Assembly (NCBI RefSeq): GCF_000025925.1
Contig: NC_014033.1
Span: forward strand, 1,230,001-1,262,000
DNA length: 32,000 nt
From: Xylanibacter ruminicola 23
Lineage (GTDB): Bacteria > Bacteroidota > Bacteroidia > Bacteroidales > Bacteroidaceae
Direction of reading: 5' to 3'
Positions within the stretch are counted from its first letter, which is position 1. Each line of letters starts with the position of its first letter. The position numbers were made by a program, and so were the translations under genes. The notes under the pieces were generated by a model. The model worked only from the letters and a program-made list of their open reading frames with translations, did not search any database and was not told where the DNA came from. Of this stretch, positions 13,173 through 22,830 are shown in pieces.

Positions 13173-13640
13173 TTAACGTTTGTTTAGCAATTCATCGTCC
13201 CGCTTCAGGATATTTTGCATTTCGAAACGCTTAATTCTTTGGCTTTGTGCTTCGGTAAATTGGGGTGCTGCGATGGGCTGCCAGGCGGTGGTAAAGTAGT
13301 GTACCCTACTCTGTCCGTAGATGGAATCGACGGTAAACGTTTCGATCATCACTACGGTGCTGTCCATCAGCAACATATCGGTTCGCAACGACGGGTTCAT
13401 GCGGATAGTGAGACTATCATCGCCCAGCGCAATCATCTGGCTGGTTCCGCCTAACTGATTCTTTACTTCGGCCTTCATCCCTGAATCCAAAAAGTCGATA
13501 AAATCCAAACGATTATTCTTGGAGAGATAAGGCATCAATGAGTCAGGCATCTGCCTGAACACATCACGCAGGGTGATGCTCTGAGCTGATGCCTGATTAA
13601 GTGTTGTGGCCAACAAAAGGGCCATCATGAATTTCTTCAT
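13173..13640 (-). CDS. secreted protein of unknown function (signal peptide)
   Basis: 155-aa ORF. MKKFMMALLLATTLNQASAQ is a signal peptide. 4-nt overlap with the upstream ligase gene. Confidence 0.75.
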   Translation of the reverse strand: MKKFMMALLLATTLNQASAQSITLRDVFRQMPDSLMPYLSKNNRLDFIDFLDSGMKAEVKNQLGGTSQMIALGDDSLTIRMNPSLRTDMLLMDSTVVMIETFTVDSIYGQSRVHYFTTAWQPIAAPQFTEAQSQRIKRFEMQNILKRDDELLNKR

Positions 13641-14977
13641 CCGCGACTGGGTCTTTTATCTATTACACGAACGGCCTTGCCCTCGCTTTGTGGCAACGAG
13701 CCCTTCTTAACAAGTTTTACTACTGGGGTGAGCAGAATCTCGTCCTTGAGTGCACGCTGGATGTCCTTCATCATCTTCTGCATCTCGGGATAGATCTCGG
13801 TCTCAAGGCTGTCGAGCTCAACCTCAACGGTCATCACATCGTTATCGTCGATGGTCTCGAGGGTGATGAGGTAGTTGCTACCCAAACCAGGATACTGCAC
13901 GAGAATCTTCTCGACCTGCATGGGGAATACGTTTACACCCTTGATGATGAACATATCGTCGGTACGGCCCTTGATACGGTCGATACGACGGTGGGTACGT
14001 CCGCACTTACATGGCTCGGCGATGATGCGGGTGAGGTCGCGCGTACGGTAACGCAGGATAGGCATCATGGTGCGGTCGAGTGTGGTAAGAACCATCTCGC
14101 CCATCTGGCCATCGGGCACTGGCTCGAGGGTGTCGGGATCTACAATCTCAACGATATAGTTGTCCTCCCACAGGTGCATACCTTCCTGATACTTACACTC
14201 GAAGGCTACACCAGGACCGTTCATCTCGGTCATACCAAACGAGTTGTAGGCCTTTACGCCCAGCATGCGCTCGATGCGGCGGCGCTGCTCTTCGGTGTGG
14301 GGTTCGGCTCCAATGCAAAGGGTGCGCAGCTTGGTGGTGGCAGGATCGACGCCCTCCTCCTTAAACACCTCTGCCAAACGGATGGCATAGGATGGAATGG
14401 CGTGCAGGCAGGTGGTACCAAAATCCTTAATGAATTTGATCTGACGCTTAGAGTTTCCGGCTGCGGCTGGTACCGTCATAGCGCCCAACCACTCGGAGCC
14501 GTACTGGAAACCAAGTCCACCGGTAAACATACCGTAACCTGAAGAGTTTTGGAACACGTCGCTCTTGCGGCATCCTACCATATACAGGTTGCGGGCAATC
14601 ATGTTAGCCCACGAGCAAATGTCGTGTTCGGAGTAAACAACCACACATGGATTACCGGTTGTACCACTGGTAGAGTGGATACGTACGGCATCGTCGAGAT
14701 TGCCGCCAACGAGTCCGTAGGGGTAGTTATCGCGCAGGTCCTGCTTTGTGGTGAAAGGAATCTTACGCAGATCGTCCAGACTGTTGATGGAGTCGGCCGT
14801 GATACCCAGTTCGCCTAATCGTTTCTTGTAGAAAGGCGACTTCAGACATACGTTGATCGTGTCCTTTAGTTTCTTAACTTGCAACTGCTGGAGTTGCTCT
14901 CTTGGCATTTTCTCGATTTCGGGCTGCCAGCACTCGCCATCGGGCTTGATGGTAGCCATAATCTTCTCGTCAGTCAT
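13637..14977 (-). CDS. paaK: phenylacetate--CoA ligase family (PaaK-like adenylate-forming enzyme)
   Basis: 446-aa ORF with the AMP-binding motif STSGTTGNP and PaaK-like length and layout. Confidence 0.85.
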   Translation of the reverse strand: MTDEKIMATIKPDGECWQPEIEKMPREQLQQLQVKKLKDTINVCLKSPFYKKRLGELGITADSINSLDDLRKIPFTTKQDLRDNYPYGLVGGNLDDAVRIHSTSGTTGNPCVVVYSEHDICSWANMIARNLYMVGCRKSDVFQNSSGYGMFTGGLGFQYGSEWLGAMTVPAAAGNSKRQIKFIKDFGTTCLHAIPSYAIRLAEVFKEEGVDPATTKLRTLCIGAEPHTEEQRRRIERMLGVKAYNSFGMTEMNGPGVAFECKYQEGMHLWEDNYIVEIVDPDTLEPVPDGQMGEMVLTTLDRTMMPILRYRTRDLTRIIAEPCKCGRTHRRIDRIKGRTDDMFIIKGVNVFPMQVEKILVQYPGLGSNYLITLETIDDNDVMTVEVELDSLETEIYPEMQKMMKDIQRALKDEILLTPVVKLVKKGSLPQSEGKAVRVIDKRPSRG

Positions 14978-15015
14978 ATCTTATAGTTTATTTGGTTTAT
15001 CGTTCTATGTAATTG

Positions 15016-15735
15016 TTATTTCTGTGCCAGCTGCATCATCATCACGGCGGCTAAACCGGCCGTTTCGGTGCGCAGGCGAGCTGAACCTAAGCTTACTGAT
15101 ACCCAACCGGCAGCTACGGCTGCCTTCACCTCGTCGATTGAGAAATCGCCCTCGGGACCTACCAGCACGGTTGCATCCTGACTGTCGGATGGTTTGCGCA
15201 GCTCGTCGAACAGCTCTACACGGGGTACCTCCTCGTAGCAGTGGGCGATGTACTTACGACCCTGAATGGGCTGCTCGAGGAAATGGTTGAAGTGTACCAT
15301 CTCGTTGACCTGGGGCTTCCAGGCTTTGTGGCTCTGCTTAACGGCAGCGGTTACAATCTTATCCAGGCGCACCAGCTTTACCAGGCGGCGCTCGGAGAAC
15401 TTACAGTTAAGGAACGACACCTCGTCGATACCAACTTCGGTGGCTTTCTCCATCATCCACTCCATGCGGTCCATCATCTTGGTGGGCGCAATGCCTAAGT
15501 GCAGGTGGCCTTTCCACTGGGGCTCCTGTGGCAGCTTCTCCAATATTTCGTAATAGCAGTGATGGGTGGCTGCAACCGTAACCTGCGCACGGAAGTAGTT
15601 ACCTACCCCATCCATCAGAAACAGCTCGTCGCCACTCTTCAGGCGCAGCACACGCATGGCGTGCATGGCCTCGTCGGTAGGCAGCTCGGTCTGGTTCTCG
15701 GCATCAGGCACAAAAAAATATCTTGCTTCCTTCAT
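15016..15735 (-). CDS. rsmE: 16S rRNA (uracil1498-N3)-methyltransferase
   Basis: 239-aa ORF. The C-terminal VLVGPEGDFS...SLGSARLRTETA block is RsmE-typical. Confidence 0.85.
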   Translation of the reverse strand: MKEARYFFVPDAENQTELPTDEAMHAMRVLRLKSGDELFLMDGVGNYFRAQVTVAATHHCYYEILEKLPQEPQWKGHLHLGIAPTKMMDRMEWMMEKATEVGIDEVSFLNCKFSERRLVKLVRLDKIVTAAVKQSHKAWKPQVNEMVHFNHFLEQPIQGRKYIAHCYEEVPRVELFDELRKPSDSQDATVLVGPEGDFSIDEVKAAVAAGWVSVSLGSARLRTETAGLAAVMMMQLAQK

Positions 15736-15757
15736 ATTCTATTTAGAGTAATCTGTG

Positions 15758-17068
15758 TTATTTCTTTTCCGGATGGAAAACAAGGGCGAACGATATACCT
15801 ACTGCGAGTGCAAATGCGGCAAAGATAAACCAGCATGTGGTCCACTCGCCCTGCAGGAATCCATTCTCCCAATAACAGTAATGGTTTACTATCTCGCCGG
15901 CTGCCAGCGTACCTACGGTAGCGCCAACACCATTGGTCATCATCATGAACAAGCCCTGAGCCGATGCCTTGATGCTGGGTTCGCACTCCTGATCGACGAA
16001 GATACCACCCGACACGTTGAAGAAGTCGAAGGCCACACCGTAAACGATGCAAGAGAGGATGAACATGATAACACCTGGCATGGCGGGGTTACCAACACCA
16101 AAGAATCCGAAACGGAACACCCAGGCGAACATAGACATGAGCATCACAGTCTTGATGCCATAACGCTTGAGGAAGAATGGTATCATGAGGATACACAGGG
16201 CCTCGCTAATCTGCGAGATACTGGTAAGCAGGGTGGCATTGTTAGCGGCAAACGAACTGGCTATGGCTGCATCGGCACTACCCTTGAAGCTGGTAATGAA
16301 CGGACCGGCATAGCCATTGGTTACCTGCAGGCACATGCCCAGCAGGGCCGAGAAGATAAAGAACAGGGCCATGTTGCGGCTCTTGAACAGCTTGAAGGCA
16401 TTGAGGCCAAGGCTCTCGATGAGCGAAACCTTCTCCCTTACCACCACCTTACACTCGGGCAATGTGAAGCAATAGAAGCAGAGCACAATGCTGAGGATGC
16501 CTGATACAAAGAACTGCATGTAGGTGTACTGGAACTTATAGGCGCTGTCGGCGAGCGTCATGCTGAAGCTGCCATCCTGCCATACGGCGCAGTTAACAAA
16601 CCACATGGTTACGATGAAACCCACGGTGCCCAGCACGCGGATAGGTGGAAAGTCCTTAACGGTATCAAGGCCGTTGTTCTTCAGAATGGTGAACGCGGCT
16701 GTGTTAGACAGCGCGATGGTGGGCATGAAGAATGCCACACTGAGGGTGTAAAGGGTGATGAACAGCGACTTATCGGCCAACTCGTTGCCGAAGCCTGCCT
16801 GGAGGCCTAACCACCAGCAGCCCAGCATAAAGCCGCCTGCTGCCAAGTGGCACAAGCCCAGCAAGCGCTGTGGCTGAATATACTTATCGGCTACAATACC
16901 CATCAATGTGGGCATAAAGATACTTACAATACCCTGAATAGCATAGAACCAGGAAATCTTGTCGCCCAGTCCGGCCACTCCGAGGTAATTTCCCATACAT
17001 GTAAGATAAGCTCCCCAAACTGCGAACTCCAGGAAGTTCATCAATGACAAACGGAATTTCAGATTCAT
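15758..17068 (-). CDS. nupG: nucleoside permease, NupG/XapB-type MFS transporter
   Basis: 436-aa polytopic membrane ORF. The N-terminal MNLKFRLSLMNFLEFAVWGAYLT closely resembles the NupG family N-terminus. Confidence 0.8.
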   Translation of the reverse strand: MNLKFRLSLMNFLEFAVWGAYLTCMGNYLGVAGLGDKISWFYAIQGIVSIFMPTLMGIVADKYIQPQRLLGLCHLAAGGFMLGCWWLGLQAGFGNELADKSLFITLYTLSVAFFMPTIALSNTAAFTILKNNGLDTVKDFPPIRVLGTVGFIVTMWFVNCAVWQDGSFSMTLADSAYKFQYTYMQFFVSGILSIVLCFYCFTLPECKVVVREKVSLIESLGLNAFKLFKSRNMALFFIFSALLGMCLQVTNGYAGPFITSFKGSADAAIASSFAANNATLLTSISQISEALCILMIPFFLKRYGIKTVMLMSMFAWVFRFGFFGVGNPAMPGVIMFILSCIVYGVAFDFFNVSGGIFVDQECEPSIKASAQGLFMMMTNGVGATVGTLAAGEIVNHYCYWENGFLQGEWTTCWFIFAAFALAVGISFALVFHPEKK

Positions 17069-17091
17069 AATTATTACTTAGATACTTGGTT

Positions 17092-18021
17092 TTACTTTTT
17101 GGTTTCTTTCTTGTGCATCTTCTGGATATCGCCAATGGTTAACGGGCGTCCGGCTACATGGCGGCCTGGGCGGCGTAGCGAATCGTACTGAGCCGTATCG
17201 GGCTGCAGTTCATGGATGCTGTCGGGCTGTTGTGGCACAACGGGCTGATTGGTAAGCTTGTTATGGAAGCGGAACAGCTGGATGTTGTTGACAAACAGCA
17301 GACAAAGATTGCTGGTGGGGTCGGTAGATGGGCGCATGCCACACATCACAAAGCCCTTGATCTCTTTGACACGCTCCTTGCAATAAGGTATGCGCAGGTT
17401 TGTGATGCCCGACGACGAAACGGTAGAATACTGCTTAACAGTACTATCGTTGGCATAGGTAACGGCCATATACACCGAGGCCTGACGATTGCCTTGCTGC
17501 ATAAGCCATGTGGTGTTCATACTCAGCATAAAGCTGTCGCCTGCACGATAGGCAGTGTCGGCTTTCTGAGCAAACTGATAAAGATGATACGGACGATCGT
17601 TGAACAGCAGGAGTGCACGGTTGCCTTTCCATACATCGGCCGTATCGCCACTGAGCGAGGCAGCTGCAATCTGCACATCGCCAACAGCGGCACCGTATTT
17701 CTCGGCCTCGGTATTCAGGCGTTCCTGTACATGCTTGTAAATCTCTTGGAATCGGTCGGCACGGGTATAATAATATACCAACGACGAATCGAATTCGGCT
17801 TGTGTGAGTCCGTGCTTCTTGAGCACTAACTCGAAAGTCAAACGGCGGTTGTAATCCTGATTACCCTCCTGCTGCGCGGCAATGCCTTGCGCTACGTGGT
17901 AATCGTAAATCAAATCCTCCATATCGTCGGGCTGGATATACTCCGATGGCACCGATGGCTTACAGCTAATCATGAACGCAGCTGCGGCCACCAAAACAAT
18001 ATGTAAAGCCTTACTCTTCAA
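17092..18021 (-). CDS. lipoprotein, DUF4296-like
   Basis: 309-aa ORF. The lipoprotein signal MKSKALHIVLVAAAAFMISC is followed by YIQPDDMEDLIYDYHVAQ. The start codon is TTG at 18021 (no in-frame ATG would keep the signal peptide). Overlaps the lspA end by 11 nt. Confidence 0.7.
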   Translation of the reverse strand: MKSKALHIVLVAAAAFMISCKPSVPSEYIQPDDMEDLIYDYHVAQGIAAQQEGNQDYNRRLTFELVLKKHGLTQAEFDSSLVYYYTRADRFQEIYKHVQERLNTEAEKYGAAVGDVQIAAASLSGDTADVWKGNRALLLFNDRPYHLYQFAQKADTAYRAGDSFMLSMNTTWLMQQGNRQASVYMAVTYANDSTVKQYSTVSSSGITNLRIPYCKERVKEIKGFVMCGMRPSTDPTSNLCLLFVNNIQLFRFHNKLTNQPVVPQQPDSIHELQPDTAQYDSLRRPGRHVAGRPLTIGDIQKMHKKETKK

Positions 18022-18658
18022 CGTTATTCGTTTCTTTCTTAAGTGTAATCTTACTTATTTCTTCACGATAGAACAGCAACAGCAGCACTACGCTGACACT
18101 GATGCTGGCATCGGCAAAATTAAATACCGGACTAAAGAATACAAAGTGCTGTCCGCCCACAAACGGCATCCATGTGGGCCATTCGGTTTCGATCAGCGGG
18201 AAGTAGAACATATCTACCACCTTACCCATGAGGAAAGGTGCATAACCCGTACCAAAATCAACTAAGTATGACAGATAGTAGGGCGACGACTCGTTGAACA
18301 TCATGCCGTAGAACATGCAATCGATGAGATTGCCTGCAGCACCGGCCAGCACCAACGAGAGGCACACGATATAGCCTGTGCGGGCATTACGTTTTACCTG
18401 CTGCCAGATGTAATAACCCAGCACACCGATGGCAACCACACGGAACAATGACAGCACGATCTTGCTGCCTAACTGCATGCCAAAGGCCATGCCCATGTTC
18501 TCGATAAACGTGATGTAAAACCAATCGGTAACGCGGATACTCTCGTGCAGCGTCATCGACGTTTTCACCCAGATCTTGATAGCCTGGTCAATAAGGAGAA
18601 TGGCGACTATGATTAATGTCGCCAATCTTCCTTTTGTAATCAGAGGTCCGTGCGTCAC
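18011..18658 (-). CDS. lspA: lipoprotein signal peptidase II
   Basis: 215-aa membrane ORF with LspA-like IDQAIK and NxGxAFG blocks. The GTG start at 18658 forms a GTGA overlap with the upstream gene's stop. Confidence 0.85.
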   Translation of the reverse strand: MTHGPLITKGRLATLIIVAILLIDQAIKIWVKTSMTLHESIRVTDWFYITFIENMGMAFGMQLGSKIVLSLFRVVAIGVLGYYIWQQVKRNARTGYIVCLSLVLAGAAGNLIDCMFYGMMFNESSPYYLSYLVDFGTGYAPFLMGKVVDMFYFPLIETEWPTWMPFVGGQHFVFFSPVFNFADASISVSVVLLLLFYREEISKITLKKETNNVEE

Positions 18659-19035
18659 TTTTTCTGGTTCAGCTTAGACTCTACACTCAGTGTTGCATGA
18701 GGAACGGCACGCAGACGCTCCTTTGGTATCAGCTTACCGGTAATACGGTCGATACCATAGGTTTTGTTCTCGATGCGAACCAATGCAGCCTTCAGGCCCT
18801 GAATGAACTTCTGCTGGCGGGCGGCCATCGAGATCAACTCCTCTTTCGACTGGGTAGCACTACCCTCCTCTAATGCCTTGTAGGTGGGTGATGTATCGTC
18901 GACGTCGTTGCTGTCCTCGTTGGTCAGTACGCGCATCATCTGTTCGTAATCACGCTTGGCCAAAGCCATCTTCTCATTGATAATCTGACGGAACTCTTCG
19001 AGCTCTTCGTCAGTATAGCGAGTCTTCTCTGCCAT
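18655..19035 (-). CDS. DksA/TraR-family-like protein lacking zinc-finger cysteines
   Basis: 126-aa ORF. It has a coiled-coil N-terminus and a C-terminal IENKTYGIDRITGKLIPKERLRAVPHATL block of DksA/TraR type. The protein contains no Cys. Confidence 0.7.
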   Translation of the reverse strand: MAEKTRYTDEELEEFRQIINEKMALAKRDYEQMMRVLTNEDSNDVDDTSPTYKALEEGSATQSKEELISMAARQQKFIQGLKAALVRIENKTYGIDRITGKLIPKERLRAVPHATLSVESKLNQKK

Positions 19036-19065
19036 AATACTTAATTGTTTAGTTATTGATTATTT

Positions 19066-22000
19066 TTAATTCTTTGTAACTGTTATGTTCAACTTGAAGT
19101 CATCGAACTCAACCTCCTGACCGTCATTGGGTTGTAGAGTAATATCATCGGCCAGAACCTGAGTCTTGATGTAGTCGGCAAAGCTGCTTACAGCCTTCTC
19201 AACCTCGGCATTCGGAGCAAGTACCACGCTGATACGGTCGGTAATCTCGAAACCGCTCTCCTTACGGATGTTCTGGATGCGGTTGATGAGCTCGCGGGCC
19301 ATACCCTCGTTCTTCAACTCCTCGGTGAGTTCAACCTCGAGTGCTACAGTAAGGTTACCCTCGTTGGCTACCAGCCAGCCTGGAATGTCCTCGCTGATAA
19401 TCTCAACATCTACGGCCTCGACAGTGATGTCCTGACCCTCGACATTGATACCGATGGTACCCTGCTTCTCGAGCTCGGCAATCTGCTCCTGTGTCAGGGC
19501 GTCCATTGCGGCAGCTACACTCTTCATGAGCTTACCGAACTTCTTACCCATGGTACGGAAGTTACACTTTACCTTCTTAACCAGCACGCCAGCACCCTCA
19601 ACAAAACGCAACTCCTTAACGTTAACCTCGTTCATAATCAGGTCCTTAACGGCTTCGATGTGCTTCTTCTGAGTCTCGTCGACAGCAGGAATCATGATGG
19701 CCTGCAGTGGCTGGCGCACCTTGATGTTAACCTTGCGGCGCAGGGCCAGAACCATCGAAGTAATCTTCTGTGCCATCTGCATGCGAGCCTCGAGATCCTT
19801 ATCAATCTGTGCCTCGTCGGCTACTGGGAACTTATCCAGGTGTACTGAGTCGAGCTCACCACCCAGGTCCTTATACAGCTGGTCGGCATAGAATGGTGCG
19901 AATGGAGCCAGCAGCTTGGCAACGGTCATCAAGCAGGTGTAGAGAGTCTGATAAGCCGAGAGCTTATCTTCGCTCATCTCCTTACCCCAGAAACGTTTGC
20001 GGTTCAAACGTACGAACCAGTTACTCAGGTCGTCGTTTACAAACGCATCGATCAGACGACCGGCACGTGTAGGATCGTAGCCATCCAGCTCGGCCTCGAC
20101 GCCCTTGATAAGGGTGTTCAGGCATGAGAGGATCCAGCGGTCGATCTCAGGACGCTTATCGAATGCCACCTGTGCTGTTGCGGGGTCGAAACCGTCCACA
20201 TTAGCATAGAGTGCGAAGAAGCTATAGGTGTTATAGAGTGTTCCGAAGAACTTACGACGTACCTCATCTACGCCCTCTGGGTCGAACTTCAGGTTGTCCC
20301 AAGGCTCTGAGTTGGTCATCATATACAGGCGTACAGCATCGCTACCGTACTTGCCAATCATATCGAATGGGTTTACTACGTTACCAACGTGCTTCGACAT
20401 CTTATTGCCCTTGGCATCGAGCACCAGACCTGAAGAAATTACATTCTTGAAGGCTACTGAGTCGAAGATCATGGTAGCAATAGCGTGCAGGGTGAAGAAC
20501 CAACCACGGGTCTGGTCGACACCCTCGTTGATAAAGTCGCAAGGGAATGCGATACCCTTATCAATCAAATCCTTATTCTCGAATGGATAGTGGATCTGTG
20601 CGTATGGCATAGAACCAGAATCGAACCACACGTCGATCAGGTCGGTCTCGCGCTTCATGGGCTTACCGCTCTCTGATACCAGAATGATGTTATCAACGTA
20701 TGGACGGTGCAGGTCGATCTTATCGTAGTTCTCCTTGCTCATGTCGCCAGGAACAAAGCCATTGTCCTTCAATGGGTTGCTAGTCATGAAGCCGGCCTTA
20801 ACAGCCTTCTCGATCTCGTTGTAGAGCTCCTCAACCGAACCGATGCAGATTTCCTTGCCATCCTCGTCGCGCCAGATAGGCAGTGGTGTACCCCAGAAAC
20901 GTGAACGAGAGAGGTTCCAGTCGTTCAGGTTCTCCAACCAGTTACCAAAGCGGCCTGTACCTGTGCTCTCGGGCTGCCAGTTGATAGTCTTGTTCAGTTC
21001 GAACATACGATCCTTCTTGGCAGTTGAGCGGATGAACCAAGAATCCAATGGATAATAGAGTACGGGCTTATCGGTACGCCAGCAGTGAGGATAGTTGTGC
21101 ACGTGCTTCTCGATCTTGAGTGCGGTGCCCTCCTGCTTCATCTCCATACAGATAACGATGTTCAGGTCCTCGGCCTTAGCGGCTGCCTGCTCGTCGTACT
21201 TACCATCCTTGTTGAACTCGGGTGCATAGGCGTTCTTTACGTAGTCGCCAGCGTGGTGACCGTAAGCCTTTACATCTACACACTTCTCAACAAAGTTATT
21301 ATCCAGTTCGTCCATTACATAGTACTTACCCTGGAGGTCGACCATTGGACGTGTTTCACCTTTCTTATTAATAAGGAACAGGCTTGGGATGTGAGCATCC
21401 TTAGCTACCTTGGCGTCATCAGCACCGAAGGTAGGCGCAATATGTACGATACCTGCACCATCCTCGGTGGTTACGTAATCACCAGGGATAACGCGGAAAG
21501 CCTCGCTCTCCATCTCAACAAACTGATCCTTGCCATTCTCGCTGGCGAATACCTTCTCAGGATGTGCTGCGGCATACTCCTTTACATAGTCGGCAGCATT
21601 CTGATCGAGCTTAGCCGATGGTTTTACCCAAGGCATCAACTGCTGGTACTTCATACCTACCAGCTCCTGACCGGTATAACGGCCTACGATGCGGTAAGGT
21701 ACAAACTTCTCGCCCTTGTTGTACTCAGGCATCTCGTCGCCATCGGTGATGTTACCCTCGGGTGAGAGATAAGCATTCAGTCGGCTCTCGGCCAGAATGA
21801 TGGTCATCTTCTCGCCGTTGTAGGCGTTGTAGGTCTGTACTGCTACGTAATCAATCTTCGGACCTACGCAGAGTGCGGTGTTCGAAGGCAATGTCCAAGG
21901 AGTGGTTGTCCAGGCTACGAAGTAAGCCTCGCCCCACTTGGTCCACTCTTCCTTAGGATCGAGGGCCTTGAACAGCGCTGTAACAGTGGTGTCCTTTACA

Positions 22001-22626
22001 TCGCGATAGCAACCAGGCTGGTTCAGCTCGTGTGAGCTCAGACCAGTACCGGCACCTGGCGAATATGGCTGGATGGTGTAACCCTTGTAAAGCAGGCCCT
22101 TGTTGTAGAACTGCTGCAGGAGCCACCACAGTGTCTCGATATACTTGTTGTCGTAGGTAATGTAAGGATTATCCAGATCAACAAAATAGCCCATCTTCTC
22201 GGTGAGGTCGCGCCACTCCTGTGTGAACATCATCACGTTCTCGCGGCACTTCTTGTTATAATCCTCGGTTGAGATGTACTTCTCTGATGCTTTGTTGTCG
22301 ATATCAGCCTTGGTAATGCCCAGCTCCTTCTCAACGCCCAACTCTACGGGCAGTCCGTGGGTATCCCAACCAGCCTTACGCTTTACCTGATAACCCTTCA
22401 TGGTCTTATAACGGTTGAAGGTATCCTTAATGGTACGAGCCAGCACGTGGTGAATACCTGGATGACCGTTAGCCGAGGGAGGACCCTCGAAGAATACAAA
22501 CTGTGGACATCCCTCACGTTCGTCAACCGAACGCCAGAATACGTTCTTCTCGCGCCACATCTCCAGGATATCATTGTTAACCTGGGTCAGATTCAAGCCG
22601 TTATGTTCTGCAAACTTCTTTGCCAT
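19066..22626 (-). CDS. ileS: isoleucine--tRNA ligase (long form)
   Basis: 1186-aa ORF. HIGH-type motif PSANGHPGIHHV and KMSKS-type motif KMSKH. Confidence 0.97.
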   Translation of the reverse strand: MAKKFAEHNGLNLTQVNNDILEMWREKNVFWRSVDEREGCPQFVFFEGPPSANGHPGIHHVLARTIKDTFNRYKTMKGYQVKRKAGWDTHGLPVELGVEKELGITKADIDNKASEKYISTEDYNKKCRENVMMFTQEWRDLTEKMGYFVDLDNPYITYDNKYIETLWWLLQQFYNKGLLYKGYTIQPYSPGAGTGLSSHELNQPGCYRDVKDTTVTALFKALDPKEEWTKWGEAYFVAWTTTPWTLPSNTALCVGPKIDYVAVQTYNAYNGEKMTIILAESRLNAYLSPEGNITDGDEMPEYNKGEKFVPYRIVGRYTGQELVGMKYQQLMPWVKPSAKLDQNAADYVKEYAAAHPEKVFASENGKDQFVEMESEAFRVIPGDYVTTEDGAGIVHIAPTFGADDAKVAKDAHIPSLFLINKKGETRPMVDLQGKYYVMDELDNNFVEKCVDVKAYGHHAGDYVKNAYAPEFNKDGKYDEQAAAKAEDLNIVICMEMKQEGTALKIEKHVHNYPHCWRTDKPVLYYPLDSWFIRSTAKKDRMFELNKTINWQPESTGTGRFGNWLENLNDWNLSRSRFWGTPLPIWRDEDGKEICIGSVEELYNEIEKAVKAGFMTSNPLKDNGFVPGDMSKENYDKIDLHRPYVDNIILVSESGKPMKRETDLIDVWFDSGSMPYAQIHYPFENKDLIDKGIAFPCDFINEGVDQTRGWFFTLHAIATMIFDSVAFKNVISSGLVLDAKGNKMSKHVGNVVNPFDMIGKYGSDAVRLYMMTNSEPWDNLKFDPEGVDEVRRKFFGTLYNTYSFFALYANVDGFDPATAQVAFDKRPEIDRWILSCLNTLIKGVEAELDGYDPTRAGRLIDAFVNDDLSNWFVRLNRKRFWGKEMSEDKLSAYQTLYTCLMTVAKLLAPFAPFYADQLYKDLGGELDSVHLDKFPVADEAQIDKDLEARMQMAQKITSMVLALRRKVNIKVRQPLQAIMIPAVDETQKKHIEAVKDLIMNEVNVKELRFVEGAGVLVKKVKCNFRTMGKKFGKLMKSVAAAMDALTQEQIAELEKQGTIGINVEGQDITVEAVDVEIISEDIPGWLVANEGNLTVALEVELTEELKNEGMARELINRIQNIRKESGFEITDRISVVLAPNAEVEKAVSSFADYIKTQVLADDITLQPNDGQEVEFDDFKLNITVTKN

Positions 22627-22673
22627 ATCCTACTTTTTTAGCTTCTATATTTTAACCTTTATTATTTAGCGTG

Positions 22674-22681
22674 CAAAGGTA
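22674..22681 (-). promoter_or_regulatory. -7 box (TACCTTTG on minus strand) for ileS
   Basis: Plus-strand caaaggta lies 48 nt upstream of ATG 22626. Confidence 0.55.
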
Positions 22682-22774
22682 GTGAAATTATCTGACCTGA
22701 CCAAAGAAATAAATAATTTTAAGATTTATCCGCGAAAAAATGCGCAAAAATTTCGTATATCCAAATAATTTGCC

Positions 22775-22782
22775 TATATTTG
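22775..22782 (+). promoter_or_regulatory. -7 box TATATTTG for the Dcu-type transporter gene
   Basis: Consensus TAnnTTTG 49 nt upstream of ATG 22831. Confidence 0.5.
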
Positions 22783-22830
22783 CCGTCATAATTCTAATAA
22801 TAACAACTTAAAACAATCGAATTTTAACGT

